In this document: piece by piece, positions 49,066 through 58,860 of the stretch
Position numbering within the stretch: position 1 is the first letter of the stretch
Layout: every line of letters starts with the position of its first letter
NCBI GenBank assembly: GCA_958296125.1
Contig: OY282444.1
Coordinates: forward strand, 4,633,266-4,697,265
Reading direction: 5' to 3'
Source: an uncultured Poribacteria bacterium
GTDB lineage: Bacteria > Poribacteria > WGA-4E > PCPOR2b
Length of the DNA stretch: 64,000 nt
Notes under the pieces: model-generated
What the model saw: only the letters and a program-made list of their open reading frames with translations
The model's database searches: none
Told to the model about the DNA's origin: nothing
Program-made: the position numbers and the translations under genes

Positions 49066-51189
49066 CTACCTCAGTGAGCGTGGTATGCGCTCGTGGGTAT
49101 AGCATTCCAACACATCGTCCACTTTAAAATCATCAAAGGCACCGACACCGATGCCACACTCGTAGTTTGCTTGAACCTCAGTGACATCTTCCTTAAAATG
49201 TCGCAACGAATCAACCTTCCCCTCGTAGATCAGGCGATTATCTCGTAAGACTCGGAGGGCGTAGTTACGGATGATTCGCCCCCAATTCACATAACTTCCA
49301 GCAATCGTTCCCATGCGTGGTGTCCTGAACAACTCTCGAATAACGCCCCTGCCGACCACAACCTCTCGAACTTCGGGATCAAGTAACCCCTCCATCGCCG
49401 ATCTGACATCAGAGATTAGGTCGTAAATCACACTGTATGTCCGAACATCAATGTCTTCATTTTCTTTTGCGATGAGGGCACCAGTTGTGGGATGGACATT
49501 AAAGCCAACGACAATTGCATTGGAGGCAGACGCGAGTAAAACGTCCGTTTCGGTAATGCCCCCAACGGCTTGATGAATAATGTTAATCTTGACTTCTTCC
49601 GTGCTCAACCTTTGCAAGGAATCGAAAACCGCCTCGACAGAACCTTGCACATCGCCTTTAACGATGATGTTTAGTTCTTTGATATCACCTTCCCGAATCT
49701 GTTGGAAGAGGTCCTCTAAACTTACACGACTCTGTGGCCCCAATTGGGTCGCCCGATGTTGGGCTTGTCGAGATTCGCTAATCGATTTCGCATCTTTCTC
49801 AGAGGCAACTGCAAAAAATTGGTCTCCAGCCTCCGGAACCCCTGTAAAACCAAGAACCTCAACCGGGGTTGAGGGTGGTGCTTTTTTTACACGATGCCCC
49901 CGGTCGTCTATCATCGCACGAACTTTTCCATAATAACGACCGGCGACGAAGACATCGCCCACCTGCAAAGTCCCACTTTGGACCAGCACAGTTGCCACGG
50001 GCCCTCGTCCTTTATCTAGTTTGGCTTCGGCGACCGTCCCACGAGCAGGTTTATTCGGATTGGCACTGAGTTCAAGCAATTCTGCTTCGAGGAGCAGCAT
50101 CTCTAACAACTCTTCGATGCCGATCTGTTCCTTTGCAGAGATTTCAACAAAAATGGTCTGTCCGCCCCATTCTTCGGGGACGAGGTCATAGTCTGCTAAT
50201 TGTTGCTTGACATAATCTGGCCTGGCGTTTTCGACATCAATTTTGTTGAGGGCAACAAGGATCGGAACCCCCGCTGCTTTTGAGTGGTTGAGTGCTTCGA
50301 CGGTCTGCGGCATTACACCATCATCAGCTGCAACAACAAGGACGACAATATCAGTCACTTGTGCGCCACGAGCGCGCATCGCAGTAAACGCTGCGTGGCC
50401 GGGAGTGTCCAGAAAGACGACATTTCCGCTTTCCAACTCCACATGGTAAGCCCCGATGTGTTGGGTAATCTGCCCTGCCTCTGTGTCCATGACATTTGAT
50501 TGTCGGATAGCATCAAGCAAGGAGGTTTTACCGTGGTCGACATGCCCCATAATCGTAATAACGGGGGAACGCGAGAGGAGATTTTTGGCATCATCTGGCT
50601 CGTCCTGAAGGATTTGCTCTTCCAGTGTCAATCTACGAACGGCTTTAAATCCAAACTGGTTGCTTATCGCTTGTAGCGTCGCGTAGTCCAAGCGTTGGTT
50701 AATGCTCGCCATAATCCCAAGCTTCATGAGACGCATAATCATTTCGGTCCCCTTAAATCTCAGCTCAGAAGCGAGCAGACCAACGGTGATGCCTTCATGG
50801 ACTTGCGGAATAGATGTAACTTCCTTTTTCTTTCTGATTGCCGTGTCTGCTTTGGGTGCCTCTGCTTTTGACTCAACAACCTGCGCTTCATTGATGGTGG
50901 AAACCGCTGCAACTTTTTTCGCCTTCTTTTTCGCCCTAGGTGGCTCAACTTTGGCTTCAGGAGATTTAGTGGAGGTGGGCTTTGTAGCGTTTCGTTTGGT
51001 CTCAACTACCCCAACCGTCTCCGAATCCAGTGTGCTCATGTGGTTTTTGATAGGAATGCCATACCCACGTAACTCTTCAACAAACTCTTTGCTGCTTACC
51101 CCATATTGTTTTGCAAGTTCATAAACTCTAATCTTTTTACTTTTTGTTTCAGTACCTTCGCTCTGCTTGGTTCGACTACTTTTCACCAT
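49066..51189 (-). CDS. infB: Translation initiation factor IF-2
   Basis: [25 protein letters not shown]. Confidence 0.98.
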   Translation of the reverse strand: MVKSSRTKQSEGTETKSKKIRVYELAKQYGVSSKEFVEELRGYGIPIKNHMSTLDSETVGVVETKRNATKPTSTKSPEAKVEPPRAKKKAKKVAAVSTINEAQVVESKAEAPKADTAIRKKKEVTSIPQVHEGITVGLLASELRFKGTEMIMRLMKLGIMASINQRLDYATLQAISNQFGFKAVRRLTLEEQILQDEPDDAKNLLSRSPVITIMGHVDHGKTSLLDAIRQSNVMDTEAGQITQHIGAYHVELESGNVVFLDTPGHAAFTAMRARGAQVTDIVVLVVAADDGVMPQTVEALNHSKAAGVPILVALNKIDVENARPDYVKQQLADYDLVPEEWGGQTIFVEISAKEQIGIEELLEMLLLEAELLELSANPNKPARGTVAEAKLDKGRGPVATVLVQSGTLQVGDVFVAGRYYGKVRAMIDDRGHRVKKAPPSTPVEVLGFTGVPEAGDQFFAVASEKDAKSISESRQAQHRATQLGPQSRVSLEDLFQQIREGDIKELNIIVKGDVQGSVEAVFDSLQRLSTEEVKINIIHQAVGGITETDVLLASASNAIVVGFNVHPTTGALIAKENEDIDVRTYSVIYDLISDVRSAMEGLLDPEVREVVVGRGVIRELFRTPRMGTIAGSYVNWGRIIRNYALRVLRDNRLIYEGKVDSLRHFKEDVTEVQANYECGIGVGAFDDFKVDDVLECYTHERIPRSLR

Positions 51190-51477
51190 TTATACCTCCT
51201 CAACGTTTCTATGACTCACCAGATTAAGGAGCTCTTGTTTGAAAGAATCAATAGCCCGCTGTGAAAGATTGGATCGCAAATGACCATTGATTTTCTGAGA
51301 TTTGAAAGTGACATTAATGCACGCTTGGGATTGGCATACATAGGCACCACGTCCTGGCAACTTACCTGTTGGATCTGTTTGGAGGTTGCCAGCCGCATCC
51401 CGCACGAATCGAAGCAAATCTTTCTTGGGAAATCTACTTCGGCATCCAATACAGGTGCGGATAGGTATCGCAGCCAT
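51190..51477 (-). CDS. ylxR: YlxR/DUF448 RNA-binding protein
   Basis: PIRTCIGCR, GRGAYVC. Confidence 0.92.
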   Translation of the reverse strand: MAAIPIRTCIGCRSRFPKKDLLRFVRDAAGNLQTDPTGKLPGRGAYVCQSQACINVTFKSQKINGHLRSNLSQRAIDSFKQELLNLVSHRNVEEV

Positions 51478-51531
51478 GTCAACCCCTTAAACAATGAGTA
51501 AGCGCAACCCTTTTGATTAGAAAGAGAATAC

Positions 51532-52863
51532 CTAAGTCGAAAGTATCCTCGATGCAGCGTGATGAATCTTCTCAGCGGTCCTGGAACCAATTCCCGGCAA
51601 TGATGAGAGCTCTTCCAACGTTGCTTGAACGATTGATTCAACCGTCGGAAAACCGGAATCCCTAAGGATCTCAGCAGTTTTGGTGCCGACCCCCTCCAAC
51701 TCGGTCAAATCAGATATAGCCGGGTGAGATTGAGAGTCCGTCTCGTCAGGATCTGATTCATCGACTGGGCGAGATGAGTCAACCGCTATGGGGCTGAATA
51801 ACTCCTCTGCAATTTCTTCCTTAAATTGCGTGTCCGCCTCAGATTCGCTTTTTATGTCGATTTTCCAACCTGTTAGTTTCGCGGCAAGCCGCGCATTCTG
51901 TCCACGCCGGCCAATTGCTAGGGACAATTGGTCATCCGGCACAACCACCTCGGCACCCGTATTTTCATCATTAATGTTCACCCGAACAACTTTAGCGGGT
52001 TGCAACGCGTTCGCAATGAAAAGTGTGGGATCCGAATTCCATTGGAGGAGATCTATTTTCTCACCCTCTAACTCCCTCACAACTGTTTGAACCCGTGAAC
52101 CTTTGACACCTACACAAGTGCCAACCGCGTCAATACTCTCATCTGTCGCAATGACAGCGACCTTTGCACGGTCCCCAGGATCGCGCGCAATGGCCTTAAT
52201 CCGAACTAAGCCATCATAAACTTCGGGAACTTCTATTTCAAACAGGCGAGCGATTAAACCGCTATGTGACCGGGAGAGAATAATTTGCGGTCCTTTTTGA
52301 TCTGCATTTACTTCCATGATTAAGCACTTCAGGGCATCACCCCGTCGATAATTGTGTGGGCGAGGCACCTCACTAAAAGGGAGGAGACCTTCCGTCCGCT
52401 CTAAATCCAAGATGATGTTGCCACGTTCGGTCCGTTGGAAATACCCGGTGATGACCTCTCCTTCCTGCTCCTTATATTCCTGATAAATCTGCTCTCGTTC
52501 TGCTTCCTTTATTTTTTGGACCAGGATTTGACGCGCCGTTTGGGCTTCGATCCTCCCAAATTCGCTCGGATCAATCTCAACCTCCATAACCTCATCTAGC
52601 CGGGCATCGGGTTTTATTTTTAATGCTTCCTCAATGGGAATTTCCGTAGCAAAGTGGTGCATAATCTCAACTACTTTTTTCGGCACGTAACATCTGATAT
52701 TCCCCAACTCGGGATCTATTTTAATCGACACCCCTCGTGTCGAACCGTAACGCCGCTTGGCTGCTGAGTATAAAGCTGCTTCAATGGCCTCAATAAAAAT
52801 CGTTTGCGGCAGCTCCGTCTGATCCACAATTTGGCGAATGGTCATGACTAGATTATTATTCAT
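51532..52863 (-). CDS. nusA: Transcription factor NusA
   Basis: FGRIEAQTARQ, S1/KH domains, LSLAIGRRGQNARLA, C-terminal HhH; ATG 52863. Confidence 0.97.
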   Translation of the reverse strand: MNNNLVMTIRQIVDQTELPQTIFIEAIEAALYSAAKRRYGSTRGVSIKIDPELGNIRCYVPKKVVEIMHHFATEIPIEEALKIKPDARLDEVMEVEIDPSEFGRIEAQTARQILVQKIKEAEREQIYQEYKEQEGEVITGYFQRTERGNIILDLERTEGLLPFSEVPRPHNYRRGDALKCLIMEVNADQKGPQIILSRSHSGLIARLFEIEVPEVYDGLVRIKAIARDPGDRAKVAVIATDESIDAVGTCVGVKGSRVQTVVRELEGEKIDLLQWNSDPTLFIANALQPAKVVRVNINDENTGAEVVVPDDQLSLAIGRRGQNARLAAKLTGWKIDIKSESEADTQFKEEIAEELFSPIAVDSSRPVDESDPDETDSQSHPAISDLTELEGVGTKTAEILRDSGFPTVESIVQATLEELSSLPGIGSRTAEKIHHAASRILST

Positions 52864-52892
52864 TGTATAAGCTCCACCATCCATCCAAAGCT

Positions 52893-53348
52893 TTACCAAA
52901 TCAGTTGGATTTGGGCTTGAGTAATCTCTGAAATTACAATTTTCACCGTCTTCCCAGAAAACAGGGTCACGAAAATTTTCCCATCGCTGACCCGGTTCAG
53001 GGTGCCGTTGAATTGTGAAAAATCCCCGGCTGCAGTGGATACCTCCACTTGAACTGTCTCTCCCAAATTCCTGCGGAAATCGGCTTCTGTAATAAGCGGT
53101 CGATTCAGGCCCGGCGAAGCGACCTCAAGATTGTATGTGCCCCGTATCATGTCATGCACATTAAGAATTGGGGTCGCAATTCGGCTCACCTGTTGGCAAT
53201 CTTCGATACTTACGCCATTGGGCCTATGAATCAAAAGTTTTAACGTCTGGGTATCAACTTGATATTCGACATCAACTAACTCGATTCCCTCATCAGCTAG
53301 AACGGGTGATAACAGATCGGAAACAGAGGCTGCCAATGAAGATGTCAT
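52893..53348 (-). CDS. rimP: Ribosome maturation factor RimP
   Basis: IEDC, YNLEVASPGLNRPL. Confidence 0.95.
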   Translation of the reverse strand: MTSSLAASVSDLLSPVLADEGIELVDVEYQVDTQTLKLLIHRPNGVSIEDCQQVSRIATPILNVHDMIRGTYNLEVASPGLNRPLITEADFRRNLGETVQVEVSTAAGDFSQFNGTLNRVSDGKIFVTLFSGKTVKIVISEITQAQIQLIW

Positions 53349-53427
53349 AGTGTGTAACGTGCGCCTAAATCTTAGTGTTGACTCTCCAGCATTTCAACAT
53401 CTAGCTGAAATACCAAAAGGTGACACA

Positions 53428-53510
53428 CAAAAAAACCGCGATTTGCCTTCCTCCTGAGAAGGATTTCTCGCGGCAGACTAAATAGTATCATAAGGGGCAG
53501 AATAATGCAA
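53428..53510 (-). promoter_or_regulatory. rimP-nusA-infB promoter with leader attenuator
   Basis: TTGCAT-N17-TACTAT (TGn extended) at 53510-53482, then ccgcga...tcgcgg hairpin and T7 before rimP. Confidence 0.65.
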
Positions 53511-53548
53511 GTAAAAATCAAAATTTGCAGATGAACCCCTCGATTAAT

Positions 53549-53599
53549 AAAAAAACGCCGTGTCGCTATATTTGAATTCCGAAAGCTCACGGCGTTTTA
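53549..53599 (-). terminator. Intrinsic terminator of the ECF/anti-sigma operon
   Basis: aaaacgccgtg...cacggcgtttt hairpin with T-run on the minus strand. Confidence 0.7.
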
Positions 53600-53629
53600 T
53601 CAGGTGCTAGTTTGGAAATTGATGCAACT

Positions 53630-54169
53630 TTATTGAAAATTACTTGGGGTGGGTTGAATTGGAACTTCGTTGGACTTTTCTTTCTCTATCCTATCAGCTT
53701 TGAGCGAAGCGTGTTTCACATCACCTAGCCGAACAATGCGGACGTTCGGCGATGGCGGATGTATCAACGAAACGGGTGGGGGCTCCGTTGAACTGAAAAA
53801 TGTCAGCTTGACCATAAAGATTGTCAGCATCAAATAAAAGAGCATCGCAGTGTAGTTGACAAAGGTGGGATGGGGGCCCAATTTCATCGCAACAAGGATA
53901 CGCGCAATTGGATTCGCTAGGAAATCCCAGATGGAACGCCGGCTGGTTTGGCGGATTTGGGTCTGAATGCGATCGGCAAGTTCGGGTGGAGGAACAGGAT
54001 CCGGCATACTTTCGAGCACAACCGCTGTGTGTAACATCTCCTCATATTCGTTTTGGCAAATCTTACATTCGATGAGATGTCGTTTGTGCTCAAGCTTCTC
54101 CTGATATGTTAGATCCGGATGCTGATGCAGGCTAAAATCTTCGATAACTTGTTTACAGTCGAGACTCAT
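53630..54169 (-). CDS. Zinc-finger anti-sigma factor
   Basis: HLIECKIC (HxxxCxxC), one TM helix; downstream of an ECF sigma. Confidence 0.8.
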   Translation of the reverse strand: MSLDCKQVIEDFSLHQHPDLTYQEKLEHKRHLIECKICQNEYEEMLHTAVVLESMPDPVPPPELADRIQTQIRQTSRRSIWDFLANPIARILVAMKLGPHPTFVNYTAMLFYLMLTIFMVKLTFFSSTEPPPVSLIHPPSPNVRIVRLGDVKHASLKADRIEKEKSNEVPIQPTPSNFQ

Positions 54170-54254
54170 AGCTGTCCCTCTTCTACATTTTTTAATCGGA
54201 ATACGCTTGTATTTGACATACTCCCAAACCTATCTGTATCCCAAACACGCCTGT

Positions 54255-54340
54255 CCCCCTGGTCTGTCCGTGCCGAGACCTCCGTTCCGAGAGCCCCGCG
54301 AACGGGCCTGTCCCCGTTCCGAGGGCAGGTGGAACGGGAG
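54255..54340. repeat. GC-rich palindromic element (family B), intergenic copy
   Basis: cccgttcc-gagggcaggt-ggaacggg hairpin; 25/27 nt identical to an in-frame insert in hsdS1 (14193-14219). Confidence 0.7.
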
Positions 54341-54355
54341 ACAATCTATCTCGGC

Positions 54356-54928
54356 TTAGGGGGGGTGTAAACCTTCAAGTTTTGACTTGAGGTTCCTCAC
54401 GGCTGTATTCAGGCGCGAGGCAACCGTCCCCTCCGAACAATCAAGCAATTCGGCAATTTCACGATATTTCATCTGCTGCATATAAAACAGAGTGATAACC
54501 ATCCGCTGCTTCGAGGGCAATTGATTAATCGCATGTTGGACCAACTGGTCACGCTCTGTTTTCAGCAAAAGTCGATCTGGACACTCACTTGCATCTTGTC
54601 CTTCTCTGTCCTGAAGATCCTTCGTGTAGGATGTTAATGTGCGCTCACGAGAATCTGACTTACGTTTGTATTGTTGACAAACGTTAATTCCAACTCGGTA
54701 TAGCCACGTCAAAAACTTCGACTGGAATTGGAAGGATTGGATAGATTTGTAAGCTTCAAGAAACGCTTCTTGCGTCGCATCGGAAGCATCGTCAGGGTTG
54801 CCAAGCATCCGATAAGCAAGCCCGTAAATCCTGGCATGGTGGCGTTGCACCAATTCATTGAACGCTTCAGCATCGCCCTCAACTGTTTTTTGGACGTAGA
54901 TTTCGTCGGGAATCATAGGTCTGCCCAC
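54356..54928 (-). CDS. ECF sigma factor (start may be 54916)
   Basis: DASDATQEAF, FLTWLYRV, EIAELLDCSEGTVASRL. Confidence 0.92.
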   Translation of the reverse strand: MGRPMIPDEIYVQKTVEGDAEAFNELVQRHHARIYGLAYRMLGNPDDASDATQEAFLEAYKSIQSFQFQSKFLTWLYRVGINVCQQYKRKSDSRERTLTSYTKDLQDREGQDASECPDRLLLKTERDQLVQHAINQLPSKQRMVITLFYMQQMKYREIAELLDCSEGTVASRLNTAVRNLKSKLEGLHPP

Positions 54929-55080
54929 TTGAACGTTCGAGTCAGTACCATTATCATATTAGTGAGAATATTTTACAAATTTCTTCATATTAAAACGTAT
55001 TTAGCAGGATCTTGGTTACACCGTAAGTCGGATTGCTACTAATCCCTGATGCTATGATGCGGGCCCGAGAGATTTTCTCA

Positions 55081-55108
55081 TTGACTTCGCCGTCCGAATG
55101 TGTATAAT
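55081..55108 (+). promoter_or_regulatory. Sigma70-type promoter upstream of phyH1-hsdS2
   Basis: TTGACT-N16-TATAAT. Confidence 0.55.
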
Positions 55109-55277
55109 GGAGGTCGTTTCGGGAATCTTGAGACGATTGGCTACGAGTGCTTACATTAAACAGATTGAGAAGTCATCGACTATTAGTGACCCTTCGGAAG
55201 GGGGCGAGTCCCGCAATCAGGGATTTGGAGTTGAATATGGGAAAAAGACAGCTAAATCTTGTATGAGAGGAAGAAAT

Positions 55278-56021
55278 ATGTCCGATCTGAAGCAGGAACT
55301 ATTTGAAATTGATGTCTACGGTTTCACAATTCTTGAGAACGTCCTCGCTCCCGAAGAGGTGGCAGAGATGAAAGAGGCCCTGATCCGATTGATAGCGGAA
55401 AAGGGGGTTGATCGAGGAGATTGTATACACATCTCAAACCTACCGACGATGGATCCGGTCTTTTTCAAGATGATCGATCATCCGAAAATTTTGCCATTGT
55501 TGGAAGGGACCATGACCAATCGTTTGCCGCTGATTCTCGGCAGCCTCAATGCCCGCATCGTCCGCCCCGGCGATTCAGTGCAACGCCTACATGGAGACAT
55601 CCTTGAGGACTTGCTGAAGAAAGATGGGAAGCACCCTGTCATGATGAATACCGTCTGGATGCTAGATGATTTTACACCGGAGATTGGAGCGACCCGGATC
55701 GTGCCCGGCACACACAAAAGTGGGATAAGCCTGCCTCCTGAAGATATGCCGATTAAACATGTGTTGACAGCGACTGCACCGGCGGGAAGTGTTCTCGTTT
55801 TTAACGGCCAGTGTTGGCACGGCGGGGGCGCGAATACCGGCAATCGGAATCGTCATGCAATTTTCGGGCACTACCGGATCAGTCCGATGATGCGCTTTCA
55901 ACTTGACCCACATCACCGTTTTCCAGAGGAGTGGCTAAATCTACTCACAGATCGCCAAAAGCAACTGATGCGGATGGAGGACGGGGTGGGGGTGCCACAC
56001 GGCGCAGATCACTATGAATGA
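55278..56021 (+). CDS. Phytanoyl-CoA dioxygenase (PhyH) family Fe/2OG enzyme
   Basis: LHGD (HxD), GATRIVPGTH, WHGGGAN..R; ATG 55278. Confidence 0.88.
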   Translation: MSDLKQELFEIDVYGFTILENVLAPEEVAEMKEALIRLIAEKGVDRGDCIHISNLPTMDPVFFKMIDHPKILPLLEGTMTNRLPLILGSLNARIVRPGDSVQRLHGDILEDLLKKDGKHPVMMNTVWMLDDFTPEIGATRIVPGTHKSGISLPPEDMPIKHVLTATAPAGSVLVFNGQCWHGGGANTGNRNRHAIFGHYRISPMMRFQLDPHHRFPEEWLNLLTDRQKQLMRMEDGVGVPHGADHYE

Positions 56022-56033
56022 GGTGCTGGCGTT

Positions 56034-57368
56034 ATGAGGCGTTATCCCGAATATAAAGATAGTGGTATGGAGTTTATTGGAGACATACCGGCACATTGGG
56101 AATCAAAAAGATTGGGACAGGTTTCAACAATTTTCAAGGGAGGAACTCCAAGACGAAATGTTGATAGGTATTTTCAAGGTGACTTGCCTTGGGCGAGACC
56201 CGTTGATATCACAGCCCTAAAAGGTGCTTTATACATTAACGATACTGAAATTCATATTTCAGAAGAAGCCCTAGGCAACAGTGGTGCAAGGCGACTCCCC
56301 GCGGGAACGGTTTTGCTTACAAGTCGTGCAACAATTGGTGAAACCGCAATAACGACAGTACCGATGGCAACGAATCAAGGTTTTGCAAATTTTGTGTGCA
56401 ATGAACGGCTACTTAATATTCATCTTGTTTACTATCTTCAGGCAATAAAGGATTTGCTGATTTCTCTCGGAAGTGGTAGCACATTTTTGGAGGTAACAAA
56501 AGGAACTTTGGTGGGTGTAAAGATACCACTCCCACCATTCTCTGAACAAACCCAAATCGCCAACTTCCTTGACCGCAAGACAGGACAGATTGACGAGCTC
56601 ATCCGCATCAAAGAACGATTGCTAGAACTGCTGCACGAACAACGAACTGTCCTGATAAATGAGGTAGTGACGAAGGGGCTTGACCCAAATGCGGAGATGA
56701 AGCCGTCGGGCGTGGAGTGGATTGGGGAGATACCGAAACACTGGACTATGACAAGATTGAAGTATATTTCCAGCATTCCGGTGACTTATGGTCTTAATAT
56801 TGAGGCAGATAAATATACCACAGAAGGAATCAGATTGATTAGAATTACTGATATTGATGAAAATGGAGGCATCCGGCCGAAAGGAGTTTATCTGTCTGAA
56901 GACTGTGTTCCCCAAGAGCAGATGCTTAATAGTTATGATTTGCTTCTGGCTCGTAGTGGAGCAACAGTGGGAAAATCTTATCTACACCTTGAAGAAGGAA
57001 AATACACTAGTGCGGGCTATCTCGTTAGGTTTAACTTCAGTGATTACTGGACATCGAAATTTATCTACTACGTAACACTATCGCACTTTTATAGAAATTG
57101 GCTTGAGCAGCAGATAATTGTCTCGACAATCCAGAACGTCAATGGTGAAAAGTACTCAAATTTTCAGATCCCTATTCCTTTGCACCAAGAACGTAAACAA
57201 ATTGCCAACTTCCTCGACCACAAAACAGGACAGATTGACGAACTGATATCCGCAGAACAGCGAAAAGTCGAACTCCTCAAAGAATACCGTCAATCCCTGA
57301 TATTTGAAGCTGTGACCGGCAAAATTGATGTCCGAGTTGATGCGCTTGCCGAATCAAGCTCGGTTTAG
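56034..57368 (+). CDS. hsdS: Type I restriction specificity subunit (orphan)
   Basis: YPEYKDSG..IGDIPAHW; two TRDs; repeated QIANFLD.KTGQIDELI; LIFEAVTGKIDVR. Confidence 0.93.
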   Translation: MRRYPEYKDSGMEFIGDIPAHWESKRLGQVSTIFKGGTPRRNVDRYFQGDLPWARPVDITALKGALYINDTEIHISEEALGNSGARRLPAGTVLLTSRATIGETAITTVPMATNQGFANFVCNERLLNIHLVYYLQAIKDLLISLGSGSTFLEVTKGTLVGVKIPLPPFSEQTQIANFLDRKTGQIDELIRIKERLLELLHEQRTVLINEVVTKGLDPNAEMKPSGVEWIGEIPKHWTMTRLKYISSIPVTYGLNIEADKYTTEGIRLIRITDIDENGGIRPKGVYLSEDCVPQEQMLNSYDLLLARSGATVGKSYLHLEEGKYTSAGYLVRFNFSDYWTSKFIYYVTLSHFYRNWLEQQIIVSTIQNVNGEKYSNFQIPIPLHQERKQIANFLDHKTGQIDELISAEQRKVELLKEYRQSLIFEAVTGKIDVRVDALAESSSV

Positions 57369-57381
57369 ACCGTTATCTATT

Positions 57382-57441
57382 AGAGAAACCGAGCTTTTCC
57401 GAAAAAACTCGGTTTCTTTGCACGATTTCTTAACATGAGCC
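57382..57441 (-). mobile_element. Family A MITE/REP-like copy, inverted and one-ended, after hsdS2; hairpin may act as terminator
   Basis: Reverse complement reads ggctcatgttaagaaatcgtgcaaagaaaccgagttttttcggaaaagctcggtttct. Confidence 0.62.
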
Positions 57442-57476
57442 TCAAACATTACTCCGCAAGAGGAGGATATCAACGT

Positions 57477-58277
57477 ATGAACGATGCCGAAAAATATCTG
57501 TTCGATCTCAACGGCTATCTCGTCATTGAAGATGTACTTACGCCTGATGAGGTTGCCTTCGCCAACGAAGCCATTGACCGTCATCGGGACGAGGAACGCA
57601 CTCGCCCGCGCGATCAGGCCTTGGATGGCGGTTCTCCCGCGCTCAGAGGTGATAAGGGACGCGGGGAACTGGGCAATATGCTCAGTTGGGAAGAACCGTG
57701 GTGTAACCCCTTTCGAGAGATGCTAGCACACCCACGAATTGTCCCTTACCTCAACCAAATCCTCGGCAGAGGTTTTCGGATGGATCACCACATGTTTTTG
57801 CTATCAATGGAGAAAGGGGCAGAGGGATTCATCTTCCATGGATCCTCAGGGCCCGGCTTTGATCCGAACCAATACTATATCTTCCGTAATGGTCAAATGC
57901 ACTGTGGACTGACGGTCCTGGCGTTCCAACTCACTGATGTAAACCCGGGTGACGGTGGATTGATAGTCATCCCCGGCAGCCACAAGAGCAATTTTCCATG
58001 CCCTCAAGAGATACGGCGTTACGAGAACTATCAAGAGCATGTTCGGCAGATTGTGTGCAAAGCCGGCGGTGTCATCATCTTCACGGAAGCGGTGACACAC
58101 GGGACCCTGCCTTGGACATCGGACGAACCACGTCGGTCAATATTGACTCGCTATACAGCGGGGAACCTAGCGTATGTGCCCGCTTATCCCGTCCCTGAAT
58201 GGGCAGATGAGAGACAGCGGGCGGTTATGGAGCCGCCATATCATACGCGGCTAGACCGGCCCGTGTTGGACGAATAA
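57477..58277 (+). CDS. PhyH-family Fe/2OG enzyme with non-canonical H-G-S motif
   Basis: YLFDLNGYL, FHGSSG, GGLIVIPGSHK, THGTLPW..RR; ATG 57477 after AGGAGG. Confidence 0.85.
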   Translation: MNDAEKYLFDLNGYLVIEDVLTPDEVAFANEAIDRHRDEERTRPRDQALDGGSPALRGDKGRGELGNMLSWEEPWCNPFREMLAHPRIVPYLNQILGRGFRMDHHMFLLSMEKGAEGFIFHGSSGPGFDPNQYYIFRNGQMHCGLTVLAFQLTDVNPGDGGLIVIPGSHKSNFPCPQEIRRYENYQEHVRQIVCKAGGVIIFTEAVTHGTLPWTSDEPRRSILTRYTAGNLAYVPAYPVPEWADERQRAVMEPPYHTRLDRPVLDE

Positions 58278-58318
58278 ACACAGAAATCCTTCTGAATATC
58301 ACACAATTACGGTGAAAC

Positions 58319-58768
58319 ATGAGAGCTGTTATTCAACGTGTTAAATCTGCTAGTGTAACCGTCGAAGGGAGCACCGTATCGAAGATTCACAAGGGATTGC
58401 TCATTTTCCTCGGCGTTGCCCAAGAGGATACCCCTGCCGATGTTGATTATATGGCAGGCAAAATCGCCAATCTCCGAATCTTTGAAGATGACGAAGGACG
58501 AATGAATTTGTCCATTTTAGATGTCGGCGGCGAAGCCCTTGTCGTTTCTCAATTCACACTCTACGGCGATTGCCGCAAGGGAAGACGCCCCAGCTTCATC
58601 AACGCCGCTCGCCCTGAAAAAGCGGACCCGCTCTATCAAGCGTTCATGGACGAAATCTCGCGGTTGGGAGTGCCTGTTAAGGCTGGCGTATTTCAGGCGA
58701 TGATGGATGTCGAATTGATTAACGACGGGCCTGTCACGATACTACTAGATAGCAATAAGCTGTTTTGA
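58319..58768 (+). CDS. dtd: D-aminoacyl-tRNA deacylase
   Basis: [19 protein letters not shown]. Confidence 0.97.
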   Translation: MRAVIQRVKSASVTVEGSTVSKIHKGLLIFLGVAQEDTPADVDYMAGKIANLRIFEDDEGRMNLSILDVGGEALVVSQFTLYGDCRKGRRPSFINAARPEKADPLYQAFMDEISRLGVPVKAGVFQAMMDVELINDGPVTILLDSNKLF

Positions 58769-58860
58769 CGCGTCAATGCTTTTATTTTTAGACGGCATAC
58801 GGAGTATACCTACTACTTTGATGAGACTTCACGCACAATTAGGCGCAAATTGCTAAACGG

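Noticed and set aside
53372..53590. 72-aa hydrophobic ORF upstream of rimP
   Set aside because: Overlaps a terminator, promoter and attenuator; no RBS
54119..54370. 83-aa plus-strand ORF across the sigma/anti-sigma spacer
   Set aside because: The open frame arises from the GC-rich family B palindrome and is antisense to real genes
55098..55277. N-terminal extension of phyH1 in the ORF track
   Set aside because: Starts inside the promoter; homology-like sequence and RBS support ATG 55278
13576..57368. hsdS1/hsdS2 as a shufflon (inversion) pair
   Set aside because: Their conserved regions belong to different families, I saw no shared long inverted repeats, and no recombinase is present
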